Shown here: one piece after another, positions 30,592-39,435 of the stretch
Numbering within the stretch: the stretch's first letter is position 1
Layout: each line of letters begins with the position of its first letter
Source: Synechococcus sp. ELA057
GTDB taxonomy: Bacteria > Cyanobacteriota > Cyanobacteriia > PCC-6307 > Cyanobiaceae
DNA: 64,000 bases
Reading direction: 5' to 3'
Assembly: GCA_037144195.1 (NCBI GenBank)
Contig: JBAWXG010000001.1
Coordinates: 3,569-67,568 of the forward strand
The notes under the pieces: model-generated
Databases searched by the model: none
What the model was told of the DNA's origin: nothing
What the model saw: the letters and a program-made list of their open reading frames with translations, nothing else
Program-made: the position numbers and the translations under genes

Positions 30592-31968
30592 ATGTTGCGA
30601 GTCGCGGTGGTGGGCGGCGGCCCCAGCGGTTCCTGTGCAGCTGAGGTACTCGCCAAGGCCGGCATCGAGACCTGGCTGTTTGAGCGCAAGCTCGACAACG
30701 CCAAACCCTGCGGTGGCGCCATCCCCCTCTGCATGGTGTCGGAGTTTGACCTTCCCGAATCGATCATCGATCGCAAGGTCACCAAGATGCGGATGATTTC
30801 ACCCTCCAATAAAGAGGTTGATATCCGGCTTGAAAACAGCAATGAATACATCGGCATGTGCCGCCGTGAGGTCATGGATGCCTTCCTGCGCAACCGCGCA
30901 GCGGAACTGGGCACCCACCTGATCAACGGCCTGGTGCAGAAGATCGATACCGGCAAGAACCGTCAGGGCCCTTACACCATTCATTACGCCGATTACAGCA
31001 GCGGCGAAGCGACCGGCGAACAGCGCAGCCTCGAGGTGGATCTGATCGTTGGAGCCGACGGAGCCAACAGCCGCGTCGCCAAGGCCATGGATGCCGGTGA
31101 TTACAACGTGGCGATCGCTTTCCAGGAGCGGATCCGACTCCCGGCCGAGGAGATGGGGTATTACGAGGACCTGGCCGAGATGTACGTGGGTGACGATGTC
31201 TCGCCCGATTTCTACGCCTGGGTGTTCCCCAAGTACGACCATGTGGCCGTGGGCACCGGCACCATGCAGAAGAACCAATCCCTGATCAAGGGGTTGCAGC
31301 AGGGCATCCGCGAGCGCGCCGCCAACCGCCTGCTGCGCGGCGAGGTGATCAAGGTGGAAGCCCACCCGATCCCCGAGCACCCCCGCCCCCGCCGCGTGGT
31401 GGGCCGCATGGCGCTGGTGGGCGATGCCGCCGGCTATGTGACCAAGAGTTCCGGCGAAGGGATCTACTTCGCCGCCAAGAGCGGCCGCATGTGTGCCGAG
31501 GAGATTGTGGCCGCCAGCAAGGGCGGCAGCACAGTGCCCAGCGAGGCAGACCTGAAGCAGTACCTGCGCAAATGGGATCGCAAGTACGGCGCCACCTACA
31601 AAGTGCTGGAGATTCTGCAGAACGTCTTCTACAGCAACGATCCCGCCCGCGAAGCCTTCGTGGAGATGTGCGATGACAAGGATGTGCAGCGGCTCACCTT
31701 CGACAGCTACCTCTACAAGCGGGTCGTGCCGGTGAACCCCTGGCAGACCATCAAGCTCACCCTGCTCACCTTCGGCGCCTACCTGCGCGGCCAGGCCTTC
31801 GCTCCCTCCGGCTACCGCCCGGTGCCCAGCGCCGTGCGCAGCGAGCAGGAGGTGCAGGCGATGCAGGCCGTCAGTGCCATCAAGGGTGGCATCCGCGTCC
31901 GGCGCAACGACGCCGCTGCCGGCGAGAACCCGGCAGCCGAACGCGAGCCCGCCCTCTCGGGCCGCTGA
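30592..31968 (+). CDS. chlP: Geranylgeranyl reductase
   Basis: VVGGGPSG, AKPCGGAIP, YAWVFPKYDH and GDAAGYVTKSSGEGIYFA. Confidence 0.97.
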   Translation: MLRVAVVGGGPSGSCAAEVLAKAGIETWLFERKLDNAKPCGGAIPLCMVSEFDLPESIIDRKVTKMRMISPSNKEVDIRLENSNEYIGMCRREVMDAFLRNRAAELGTHLINGLVQKIDTGKNRQGPYTIHYADYSSGEATGEQRSLEVDLIVGADGANSRVAKAMDAGDYNVAIAFQERIRLPAEEMGYYEDLAEMYVGDDVSPDFYAWVFPKYDHVAVGTGTMQKNQSLIKGLQQGIRERAANRLLRGEVIKVEAHPIPEHPRPRRVVGRMALVGDAAGYVTKSSGEGIYFAAKSGRMCAEEIVAASKGGSTVPSEADLKQYLRKWDRKYGATYKVLEILQNVFYSNDPAREAFVEMCDDKDVQRLTFDSYLYKRVVPVNPWQTIKLTLLTFGAYLRGQAFAPSGYRPVPSAVRSEQEVQAMQAVSAIKGGIRVRRNDAAAGENPAAEREPALSGR

Positions 31969-31974
31969 AGCCCC

Positions 31975-32787
31975 TCAGCTGGATGCTGAGGTGTAGTGGC
32001 GCAGGGCCAGCCGCCAGACAGCGCGACTGGCCACAAGGCTGCCAACGGCCAGCAGCAGACCCGGGATGATCGTCGACGGAGCGGAGCGCCCCAGCACCAC
32101 CTCCGCCGGCACGGTGGTGAGAAAGGCGATCGGCAGCAGGGTGGTGAACAGCAGCCGCAGTCCCGGCGGATAGGCACTCACCGGGTAACGACCGGCCGCC
32201 AGCAGGCTGCGCAGCACCTCGGTGGCATTCCAGATCTTCACGAACCAGATGCTGGTGGCGGCCAGCAGAAACCAGAGGCTGTACAGGATGGCCACCCCGC
32301 ACAACAGCATCAGCAGGGCCAGGGACGCCTGTGGCGGCTCCGGCCGCACGCCGCTGCGCACCAGACCGACGGCCACCAGAGCCAGGCCGCTGAACAGTTC
32401 CGGCACCCCCCAGGGAGACACGGTCCGCAGCGACAGCCAGAGCTGGCTGTCGAGCGGCTTGAGCAGCACGAAATCGAGGCTGCCGCTCTGCACGTGCTTC
32501 ACCAGATCCCCCAGGTTGGGACGCAACCAGGTGCTGGCCATGCCATCGAGCAGGGTGTGCAGACCCAGCACCACCAGGGCTGCATCCCAGCTCCAGCCAC
32601 CCAGCGTCTGACCCTGGCCATAGAACAGCGACAGGGTGAACAGATTGCCCGCCAGGGTCATCCCCACAGCGAGCAGCTCGATCAGCAGGTTGAACGGGTA
32701 TTCCATCTCCGCCTCCAGGGAGGTGGACCAGAACACGGCGATACAGCGGCACTGGCGACGCAGCTCGATCCAGGGGGCAGCCGCCAC
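31975..32787 (-). CDS. ABC-2 type exporter permease
   Basis: GSLDFVLLKPLDSQ and GRYPVSAYP; six hydrophobic segments. Confidence 0.85.
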   Translation of the reverse strand: MAAAPWIELRRQCRCIAVFWSTSLEAEMEYPFNLLIELLAVGMTLAGNLFTLSLFYGQGQTLGGWSWDAALVVLGLHTLLDGMASTWLRPNLGDLVKHVQSGSLDFVLLKPLDSQLWLSLRTVSPWGVPELFSGLALVAVGLVRSGVRPEPPQASLALLMLLCGVAILYSLWFLLAATSIWFVKIWNATEVLRSLLAAGRYPVSAYPPGLRLLFTTLLPIAFLTTVPAEVVLGRSAPSTIIPGLLLAVGSLVASRAVWRLALRHYTSASS

Positions 32788-32789
32788 GA

Positions 32790-33623
32790 TCAGGCCCCCA
32801 TGGCGCTGTAGCGGCGCACGCCGGCACGCCAGAGCAGCAGGTTGACCGGAATCAGCAGCAGCAGCCAGGCCAGTGCATTGCCGAATCCGGCCAGCAGCGC
32901 GACCGGTTCGCCGCTCAGCAGCCGCGCCGGCAACCAGAGCATGGCGGCGAAGGGCGAATGCAGCGCCACCGATCGCACCGCCGTGGGATAGAGCACCAGA
33001 GGGGCCAGCAATCCCGAGAGATACAGATAGGGCAGGAACAGCAGCCGTTCCAGCGCGCTGGCCCGCTCACTCCAGAAGCACAGCATCGTGATCGCGTGCT
33101 GGAGCAGAAAGTTGATCCAGAAGCCCAGGTGCAGGGCCAGCAGCCCGAGCAGCAGCTGGCCGGGGGAGGGCATGGCGAAACTGTGGGGTTGAAGCAGCAC
33201 CACCAGCGCCACCATCGCCGCCACGAACGGCACCCGGGTGAGCTGCTCCGCCAGATGGGCGGCCACATAGCGCCAGATCAGGGGCAGGGGCTGGAGCAGG
33301 TAGGGCGACAGACGCCCCAGCAGGTTGTCCTCCTCGAAGGCATACACCACCCACACAATCGTGAACTGACGCACCACGAAGGCCGCCAGGAAATAACGGC
33401 TGAAGGCCTCCGGCGACAGTCCGGACGCAGCGGCGGCGGCGGAACCGCTCCAGAGAGCACCCATCAGCAGCGGCAGCAGGCCGGAGAGCGCCCAGAGCAG
33501 AATCTCGGCCCGGTACTCGAGCATCAGGGCGTACTGGCTCCCCAGCAGGGCGGCAGCGATCGGGCGCCACGGTCGCCAGGGCCGCCGCCAGGGCATGCGA
33601 ACCGGCAGGAGGCGCAGGCTCAT
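32790..33623 (-). CDS. ABC-2 type exporter permease
   Basis: LEYRAE, GRLSPYLLQP, LSGLLAPL and RRYSAMGA. Confidence 0.85.
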   Translation of the reverse strand: MSLRLLPVRMPWRRPWRPWRPIAAALLGSQYALMLEYRAEILLWALSGLLPLLMGALWSGSAAAAASGLSPEAFSRYFLAAFVVRQFTIVWVVYAFEEDNLLGRLSPYLLQPLPLIWRYVAAHLAEQLTRVPFVAAMVALVVLLQPHSFAMPSPGQLLLGLLALHLGFWINFLLQHAITMLCFWSERASALERLLFLPYLYLSGLLAPLVLYPTAVRSVALHSPFAAMLWLPARLLSGEPVALLAGFGNALAWLLLLIPVNLLLWRAGVRRYSAMGA

Positions 33624-34609
33624 GCGGAGGCCGTCGCCGCATCCTTGAACAGCCGCCCGATCGTCTCCTCGATCGGTGGATCCCGCACCTCGAGATCGCG
33701 CACGGGCAGCTCAGCCAGCAGGCGCCCGACCACGTCGGTGAGCTTCTCCCGTTCCACCAGCAGCCGCACATCGCGCTCCTGCAACGCCTCCAGCTCCCCG
33801 AAGGCCGAGAAGGCCTCCCTGGGCAGCGGCTCGGCCAACTCCAGGCGCACCTCCCGCCACGGCGCCAGCCGCTGGCTCAGGGCATCGAGCAGGCCGTCAT
33901 GCAGCAGGGTGCCGGCGTGGATCAGCAGCACCCGCGGACAGAGCGCCGTGATGTCAGCCATGTAGTGACTGGTGAGCAGCACGGTGGCCCCGTAACGGCG
34001 GTTGTAGTCGATCAGGAAACGGCGCATGGCCGCCTGGGCGTTGACATCGAGGCCCAGGGTGGGCTCATCGAGAAACAGCACCTCGGGGTGATGCAGCAGG
34101 GCGGCCAGCAGCTCTGCCTTCATCCTCTGGCCCAGAGACAGCTTGCGCAGCGGGCGGCGCAGCTCCTCGCCCAGCTCCAGCATCTCGGCCAGATCCCCGA
34201 TGCGACGCCGCGCCTCCCCGTCAGTGAGGCCATAGACCGCCGCATTCACCCGCAGCGAATCCAGGGGCGGCAGATCCCAGATCAGCTGCTGCTTCTGCCC
34301 CATCACCAGGGTGATGCGACGCAGAAAGGAAGCCTCCCGGCGCGACGGCTCATGGCCTGCCACCCGCACGACACCGCTGCTGGGGTGGATCAGCCCGCTG
34401 AGCATCTTGAGGATGGTGGTCTTGCCGGCTCCGTTCGCCCCGAGGAAGCCCACCATCTCTCCGGGCTCGATGCGGAAGCTGAGATCGCGCACCGCTTCGA
34501 TGCTGCGCAGCTGCCGCCTGAACAGATGTCGCAGGGTGCCCCGCAGGCCCGGCTGCTTCTCGGCCACCCGGAAGGTGCGGCTCAGACCCTCGACCAGAAC
34601 CATCGCCAT
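33620..34609 (-). CDS. ABC exporter ATP-binding protein
   Basis: GANGAGKTT, LSLGQRMK, FLDEPTLGLD and TSHYM. Confidence 0.92.
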   Translation of the reverse strand: MAMVLVEGLSRTFRVAEKQPGLRGTLRHLFRRQLRSIEAVRDLSFRIEPGEMVGFLGANGAGKTTILKMLSGLIHPSSGVVRVAGHEPSRREASFLRRITLVMGQKQQLIWDLPPLDSLRVNAAVYGLTDGEARRRIGDLAEMLELGEELRRPLRKLSLGQRMKAELLAALLHHPEVLFLDEPTLGLDVNAQAAMRRFLIDYNRRYGATVLLTSHYMADITALCPRVLLIHAGTLLHDGLLDALSQRLAPWREVRLELAEPLPREAFSAFGELEALQERDVRLLVEREKLTDVVGRLLAELPVRDLEVRDPPIEETIGRLFKDAATASA

Positions 34610-34630
34610 CGCCCTGGTCCCCGCCGGCTC

Positions 34631-36796
34631 CTAACCCGCCAACCGCGGGAAATCAGCGAGCACAGCCGCCTGGTTGCGCAGCACCGCCAGCAGGTTCAGG
34701 CGGTTGCGGCGCACCGACGGGTCGTCGGCCATCACCATCACGCTGTCTTCCCCATCGAAGAAGGCCGCCAGGGTGGGGGCGCTCTCCGCCAGGGCCCGGG
34801 CCAGATCGGCGTAGCGAGCCGGATTGACGCCGCTGGCGATCGGCTCCAGCCGCTGAAGCACGGCCAGCATGGCCGCCTCGCTGGCCTTCTCGAACAGTTC
34901 CGCATCCACCACACCGGCAGGACTGCGCACCTCCTCAGCCAGATCACCCTTCTCCGCCAATCGCGATGCCCGCTGCACCACCGCCTGCACGGCCGCGAGC
35001 TCTCCACTGCGGCGCAGGCTCTGCAGCAACACAGCCCGACGGCGCGCATCGCTCGGATCGGCCAGCACCCGCTCCAGCGGCAGCCCCTCACCGGCCACCG
35101 CCAGCACCACATCGCCATCGAGGCCCTGCTCCTCCAGCAGGCTCACAATCCGTTGACGCAGCAGCTCCGCCAGATCCGCGGCCAACAGCTCGGCATCCAC
35201 GGCGTACGCGGGGAACAGCTCGCTCCAGTGCCGGCTGGCGCGGGCCAGCAGGGCGGGCAGATCCAGGCTCCAGTCGCGATCCCACAGGATCTGCAGCAGA
35301 CCGTTGCCAGCGCGACGCAGGGCGTAGGGATCGGAGGAGCCGCTGGGGCGCTCACCCCGGGCAAAGATGCTCAGCAGCAGCTCGAGCCGCTCCGCCAGGG
35401 CCAGCACCGCCCCCGGCACCGAAGCGGGCAGCATGTCGCCGGCACCGCGGGGCAGGTAGTGCTCCAGCACAGCCAGGGCCACAGGCCGCGGTTCACCCTC
35501 CGCCAGCAGGTACTTGCCTCCCATCTGGCCCTGAAGCTCGGGGAATTCACCCACCATCTGACTGACCAGATCGTGCTTGCAGAGATGGGCCGCCCGCCTG
35601 GCATGAGAGGCCGTGCTGCCATCGAGCGACAAGGCCTCCAGCAGCACATCCACCCACCACTCGATCCGGTCGCAGCGATCCCGCAGGCTGCCGAGCCCCT
35701 CGGCGAAGGTCACCCGATCCAGCTGGTCGCGGCGATCGATGCTGGCCACGCGCCGGTCGGCGGCCACGAAGAACTCCGCATCCGCCAGCCGGGCCCGCAG
35801 CACCCGCTCGTTGCCGCGGCGGATCGTGTCGCGCGCGGCCGGCAGACCGTTGCCGATGCAGAGAAAGGCTGGGAGCAGGGCCTGGTGGGCCTCCAGGGCG
35901 AGGGGATCGGGCTCGGCAGCGGGACAGCGCAGCGGTACGTAGCGCTGATGGGAGCGCATCACCGTGCTGAGCACTTCCGGTGGCAAGGCCAGAAAGCGGT
36001 GTTCGATGGCGCCCTGGATCAACTGGGGGGCCTCCACCAGATCGACCAGCTCCTCGAACAGGGCATCGGGCAGATCGAGCGCACCGCCACAGGTCTCAGC
36101 CGCCCGATTGAGATCGCTGCGGATGGTCCGGCCGCGGGCCTCGCGGTCCACGAGCACACCGGCGCCCTCCAGACAGCCGGTATAGGCGGTGGCCGAGGGA
36201 ATCTCCACAACGTCGCCGTGAAGGCGATGGGCTCTGCTGCAGCGGCCGCTGATCACGGCCGGGTCACCGTCCTCCAGCTGCAGCGGCACCAGTGCTTCAT
36301 CGAGGAGGGCCACCAGCCAGCGCACCGGGCGGCTGAACCGCAGATCGCCCTCACCCCAGCGCATGAAGCGCCGGCCCTGAAGCGAACGCAACCAGCCGGG
36401 GGCCAGGGAAGCCAGCACCTCAGCGGTGGCACGGCCCTGCGCCACGACCGTGGCGAACACGAAGGCGCCCTTGGGGGTGTCGCGCACCTCCAGGGCGGAA
36501 GGATCGAGATCCCAGCGGCGGGCAAAACCGATGGCGGCCGTTGTCGGCACCCCATCACGGAAGGCCTGCTGCACGGGCGGCCCCTTGAACGCTTCGCTGA
36601 TATCGGGCTGCCGCTGGGGCAACCCCTCCACCAGCACCGCCAACCGCCGTGGCGTGCCCCAGACCCGGAGATCGTTGAACGGCAGCCTGGCCTCGCTCAG
36701 CGACTGCCGCACGGAAGTCTCCAGCTGCGGCAGAGCCAGACGGGCGAAATCGGCCGGCAGCTCCTCCGTGCCGATCTCCAGCAGAAACGTGGCCAT
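34631..36796 (-). CDS. glyS: Glycine-tRNA ligase beta subunit
   Basis: FLLEIGTEELP, TPRRLAV, MRWG...FSRPVRW, EFPELQG, GSSDPYALRR and VRRNRLNLL. Confidence 0.96.
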   Translation of the reverse strand: MATFLLEIGTEELPADFARLALPQLETSVRQSLSEARLPFNDLRVWGTPRRLAVLVEGLPQRQPDISEAFKGPPVQQAFRDGVPTTAAIGFARRWDLDPSALEVRDTPKGAFVFATVVAQGRATAEVLASLAPGWLRSLQGRRFMRWGEGDLRFSRPVRWLVALLDEALVPLQLEDGDPAVISGRCSRAHRLHGDVVEIPSATAYTGCLEGAGVLVDREARGRTIRSDLNRAAETCGGALDLPDALFEELVDLVEAPQLIQGAIEHRFLALPPEVLSTVMRSHQRYVPLRCPAAEPDPLALEAHQALLPAFLCIGNGLPAARDTIRRGNERVLRARLADAEFFVAADRRVASIDRRDQLDRVTFAEGLGSLRDRCDRIEWWVDVLLEALSLDGSTASHARRAAHLCKHDLVSQMVGEFPELQGQMGGKYLLAEGEPRPVALAVLEHYLPRGAGDMLPASVPGAVLALAERLELLLSIFARGERPSGSSDPYALRRAGNGLLQILWDRDWSLDLPALLARASRHWSELFPAYAVDAELLAADLAELLRQRIVSLLEEQGLDGDVVLAVAGEGLPLERVLADPSDARRRAVLLQSLRRSGELAAVQAVVQRASRLAEKGDLAEEVRSPAGVVDAELFEKASEAAMLAVLQRLEPIASGVNPARYADLARALAESAPTLAAFFDGEDSVMVMADDPSVRRNRLNLLAVLRNQAAVLADFPRLAG

Positions 36797-36909
36797 GGAT
36801 CGCCGGGAGCCTGGGGCGACTGTATGCAACCGCCGATGGCATGGCGACGCCTCCGGCATGCTCCGGAGCCCTTCGCTAGGTTCGGAGCTGTGCAGCAGAG
36901 TGCCACTCG

Positions 36910-38697
36910 ATGTCCGTCCTGAGCTCCAGCCCCACCAGTGATGCGGAGGCTGACGGGCTCGGGACACCCCCATCCGGATCCGCCGGGGTGACGCTGACGA
37001 AGATCGAGGCCCTCAAACGCAGCAGCGGCCATCTGCGCGAACCCCTGGCCACTGAACTGGAGAACGACAGCCTCCACTTCACCGATCCAGCGGTTCAGAT
37101 TCTCAAGTATCACGGCAGCTACCAACAGGACAACCGCGACAACCGCCGCAAAGGAGAAGAGAAGGACTGGCAGATGATGCTGCGGCTGCGCAGCCCGGGG
37201 GGACGCATCCCGCCCTCCCTGTATCTGGCGCTCGATGAACTGGCCGATCGTCTCGGCAACAGCACCCTGCGGACCACCACCCGCCAGGCGTTCCAGATGC
37301 ACGGAATCGCCAAGGCCGATCTGCGGGAGGTGATCGGCACGATCATCCGCTCCCTGGGCTCCACCCTCTCGGCCTGCGGTGACATCAACCGCAACGTGAT
37401 GGCTCCGGCCGCGCCGTTCCAGGACCGGGGCTACCCGGCAGCGCGGCAACTGGCGGACGACATCGCCGATCTGCTCACCCCGCAGGCGGCCGAGGGGTCC
37501 TACCTCGACCTCTGGGTGGATGGTGACCTCTCCTACCGGATCCGCCCCTCACGGGCGGCGCGTCAGGTCAAGCAACGCCAGGGCGAAGGGGCCGTGTTCA
37601 GCGGCGACGCCCAGGAGCCCCTGTATGGCTCGGCATACATGCCGCGAAAGTTCAAGATCGCCGTCACCGTGCCGGGTGACAACTCGGTGGATCTGCTCAC
37701 CCAGGACATCGGTCTGGTGCTGTTCAGCGATCCCTCGGGGCGGCCCCTGGGCTGCAACGTCTACGTCGGCGGTGGGATGGGACGCACCCATCGCAAGGAG
37801 GAGACCTTCGCCCGCAGCGCCGATCCACTGGGCTGGGTGGCCATCGAGCATGTGCTCGATCTGGTGCAGTCCATCGCCGCCCTGCAGCGGGACCACGGCG
37901 ACCGGGAGCAGCGCCGTCACGCCCGCATGAAGTACCTGATCCACGATCGCGGCATCCGCTGGTTCAAGGAGGAGCTCGTCCGCTACTTCCCCCACCCCAT
38001 CGGAGGCCTGCGCCGCGAACCGAAGGCGAGGCTCGAGGACTACCTGGGCTGGAACCGACAGGGCGACGGGCTGTGGTTCGTGGGTCTGCCGCTGCTCTGC
38101 GGCCGTCTTGAGGGAACGCTCAAGGCGGGGCTGCGCCAGCTGGTGCAGACCTACCAGCTGGAGGTGCGGCTCACCCCCAACCAGGATCTGCTGCTGTGCA
38201 ACATCGCCCCGAATCAGCGCGGAGGCATTCGCGAGGCCCTCGCCTCCCTGGGGCTGACGGCACCGGAGGCCCCTGACCCCATGGCCCGTCATGCCATCGC
38301 CTGCCCGGCACTGCCCACCTGCGGGCTGGCGATCACCGAGGCGGAACGGGCCTTGCCCTCGGTCCTCGATCGCGTCAATGCCCTGATGGCAAGCCTGGGT
38401 ATCACCAGGCCACTGCTGCTGCGCATGACCGGTTGCCCCAATGGCTGCGCCCGCCCCTACATGGCCGAAATCGCCCTGGTGGGCAGCGGTGTGGACACCT
38501 ACCAGCTGTGGCTTGGCGGAAGCCCCGGTCTCACCCGCCTGGCCCGGCCCGTCCTGGAGCAGCTGCCGCTTGAGCAGCTTGAAGCCACCCTCGAACCGCT
38601 GCTGCGCGGCTGGAAGGAGCAGGCCGGCCCACGCACCCCCTTCGGCGACTGGGTGCACCGGCTGGGGGAAGACAAGCTGCGCGCTCTGCTGCCTTAG
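36910..38697 (+). CDS. sir: Ferredoxin-dependent sulfite reductase
   Basis: KYHGSYQQDNRD, TTRQAFQMHG, ACGDINRN, ACPALPTCGLA and TGCPNGCARP (siroheme/4Fe-4S ligands). Confidence 0.93.
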   Translation: MSVLSSSPTSDAEADGLGTPPSGSAGVTLTKIEALKRSSGHLREPLATELENDSLHFTDPAVQILKYHGSYQQDNRDNRRKGEEKDWQMMLRLRSPGGRIPPSLYLALDELADRLGNSTLRTTTRQAFQMHGIAKADLREVIGTIIRSLGSTLSACGDINRNVMAPAAPFQDRGYPAARQLADDIADLLTPQAAEGSYLDLWVDGDLSYRIRPSRAARQVKQRQGEGAVFSGDAQEPLYGSAYMPRKFKIAVTVPGDNSVDLLTQDIGLVLFSDPSGRPLGCNVYVGGGMGRTHRKEETFARSADPLGWVAIEHVLDLVQSIAALQRDHGDREQRRHARMKYLIHDRGIRWFKEELVRYFPHPIGGLRREPKARLEDYLGWNRQGDGLWFVGLPLLCGRLEGTLKAGLRQLVQTYQLEVRLTPNQDLLLCNIAPNQRGGIREALASLGLTAPEAPDPMARHAIACPALPTCGLAITEAERALPSVLDRVNALMASLGITRPLLLRMTGCPNGCARPYMAEIALVGSGVDTYQLWLGGSPGLTRLARPVLEQLPLEQLEATLEPLLRGWKEQAGPRTPFGDWVHRLGEDKLRALLP

Positions 38698-39407
38698 GGA
38701 CGCTCCGCCGCTGCCCAGCCCCCGTAGCAGGCTCGAGGCTCACCCAGGCTCCAGGCCCAGAGCTGGTCGCCATGGCTGAAATGCCACCACTCATTGGGGT
38801 GCTGGACGAAGCCAGCAGCCAGCATCACCCGCTGCAGCAGCTGCCTGCGGCCATGCCAGCGGGCCTCAGGCCCGATCGGATCGGCCAGGGCGGCTGCAGC
38901 GTGGTGATCGGGCTCGGAGACGGGACCGATGGCATCGATGTCACCCCCCAGATCGAGCAGCCCACCCGAGGCATCCGTCAGGGTGAGATCCACCGCGGCG
39001 CCTGTGCTGTGGGGGGGCGGCATCGCCGGGTCGTCGCTGGGAGGAGCCCAGAAGCGGCCCACCGCCTCCTCTACGGCGCGCCGCTCAGGGCCTTCCCGAT
39101 CGGGATCCACTCCGCGGCTCAGGCATTCCTGCCGAATGGCGTAGGCCACCATGAAGCGCTGCACGGCCACCGGCCGCCAGGCATCGAAGATCGCCAGACG
39201 CCAGCCCGGAGCCTCGGAGACCAGCTGACGATGGGCCTCGCCCAGGCGGGCGATCACTCCCTGCCGCAAGCGGAAGGGACAGCCAGCCGCACCATAGGGA
39301 GCCCCAAGCCGGCGGTAGGGATGCGGTTCGATCCGCAGCAGGAAGGGCGGCAGGGCTAGCAGCGGTTCGCCGTTGTCCGCGATCGGGATCGGATTCCAGG
39401 GGCGCAT
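38694..39407 (-). CDS. D-alanyl-D-alanine dipeptidase (M15D, VanX/DdpX-like)
   Basis: IFDAWRP, PPHSTGAAVDLTL and NEWWHFS. Confidence 0.88.
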   Translation of the reverse strand: MRPWNPIPIADNGEPLLALPPFLLRIEPHPYRRLGAPYGAAGCPFRLRQGVIARLGEAHRQLVSEAPGWRLAIFDAWRPVAVQRFMVAYAIRQECLSRGVDPDREGPERRAVEEAVGRFWAPPSDDPAMPPPHSTGAAVDLTLTDASGGLLDLGGDIDAIGPVSEPDHHAAAALADPIGPEARWHGRRQLLQRVMLAAGFVQHPNEWWHFSHGDQLWAWSLGEPRACYGGWAAAERP

Positions 39408-39435
39408 GGAGGTCATTGTGCCGCTCCTGAAGAGG

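Noticed and set aside
33899-36922. 1007-aa plus-strand ORF
   Set aside because: Antisense shadow of glyS and the ABC ATPase; Gln/His/Gly-rich composition typical of reverse frames in high-GC DNA, with no motifs.
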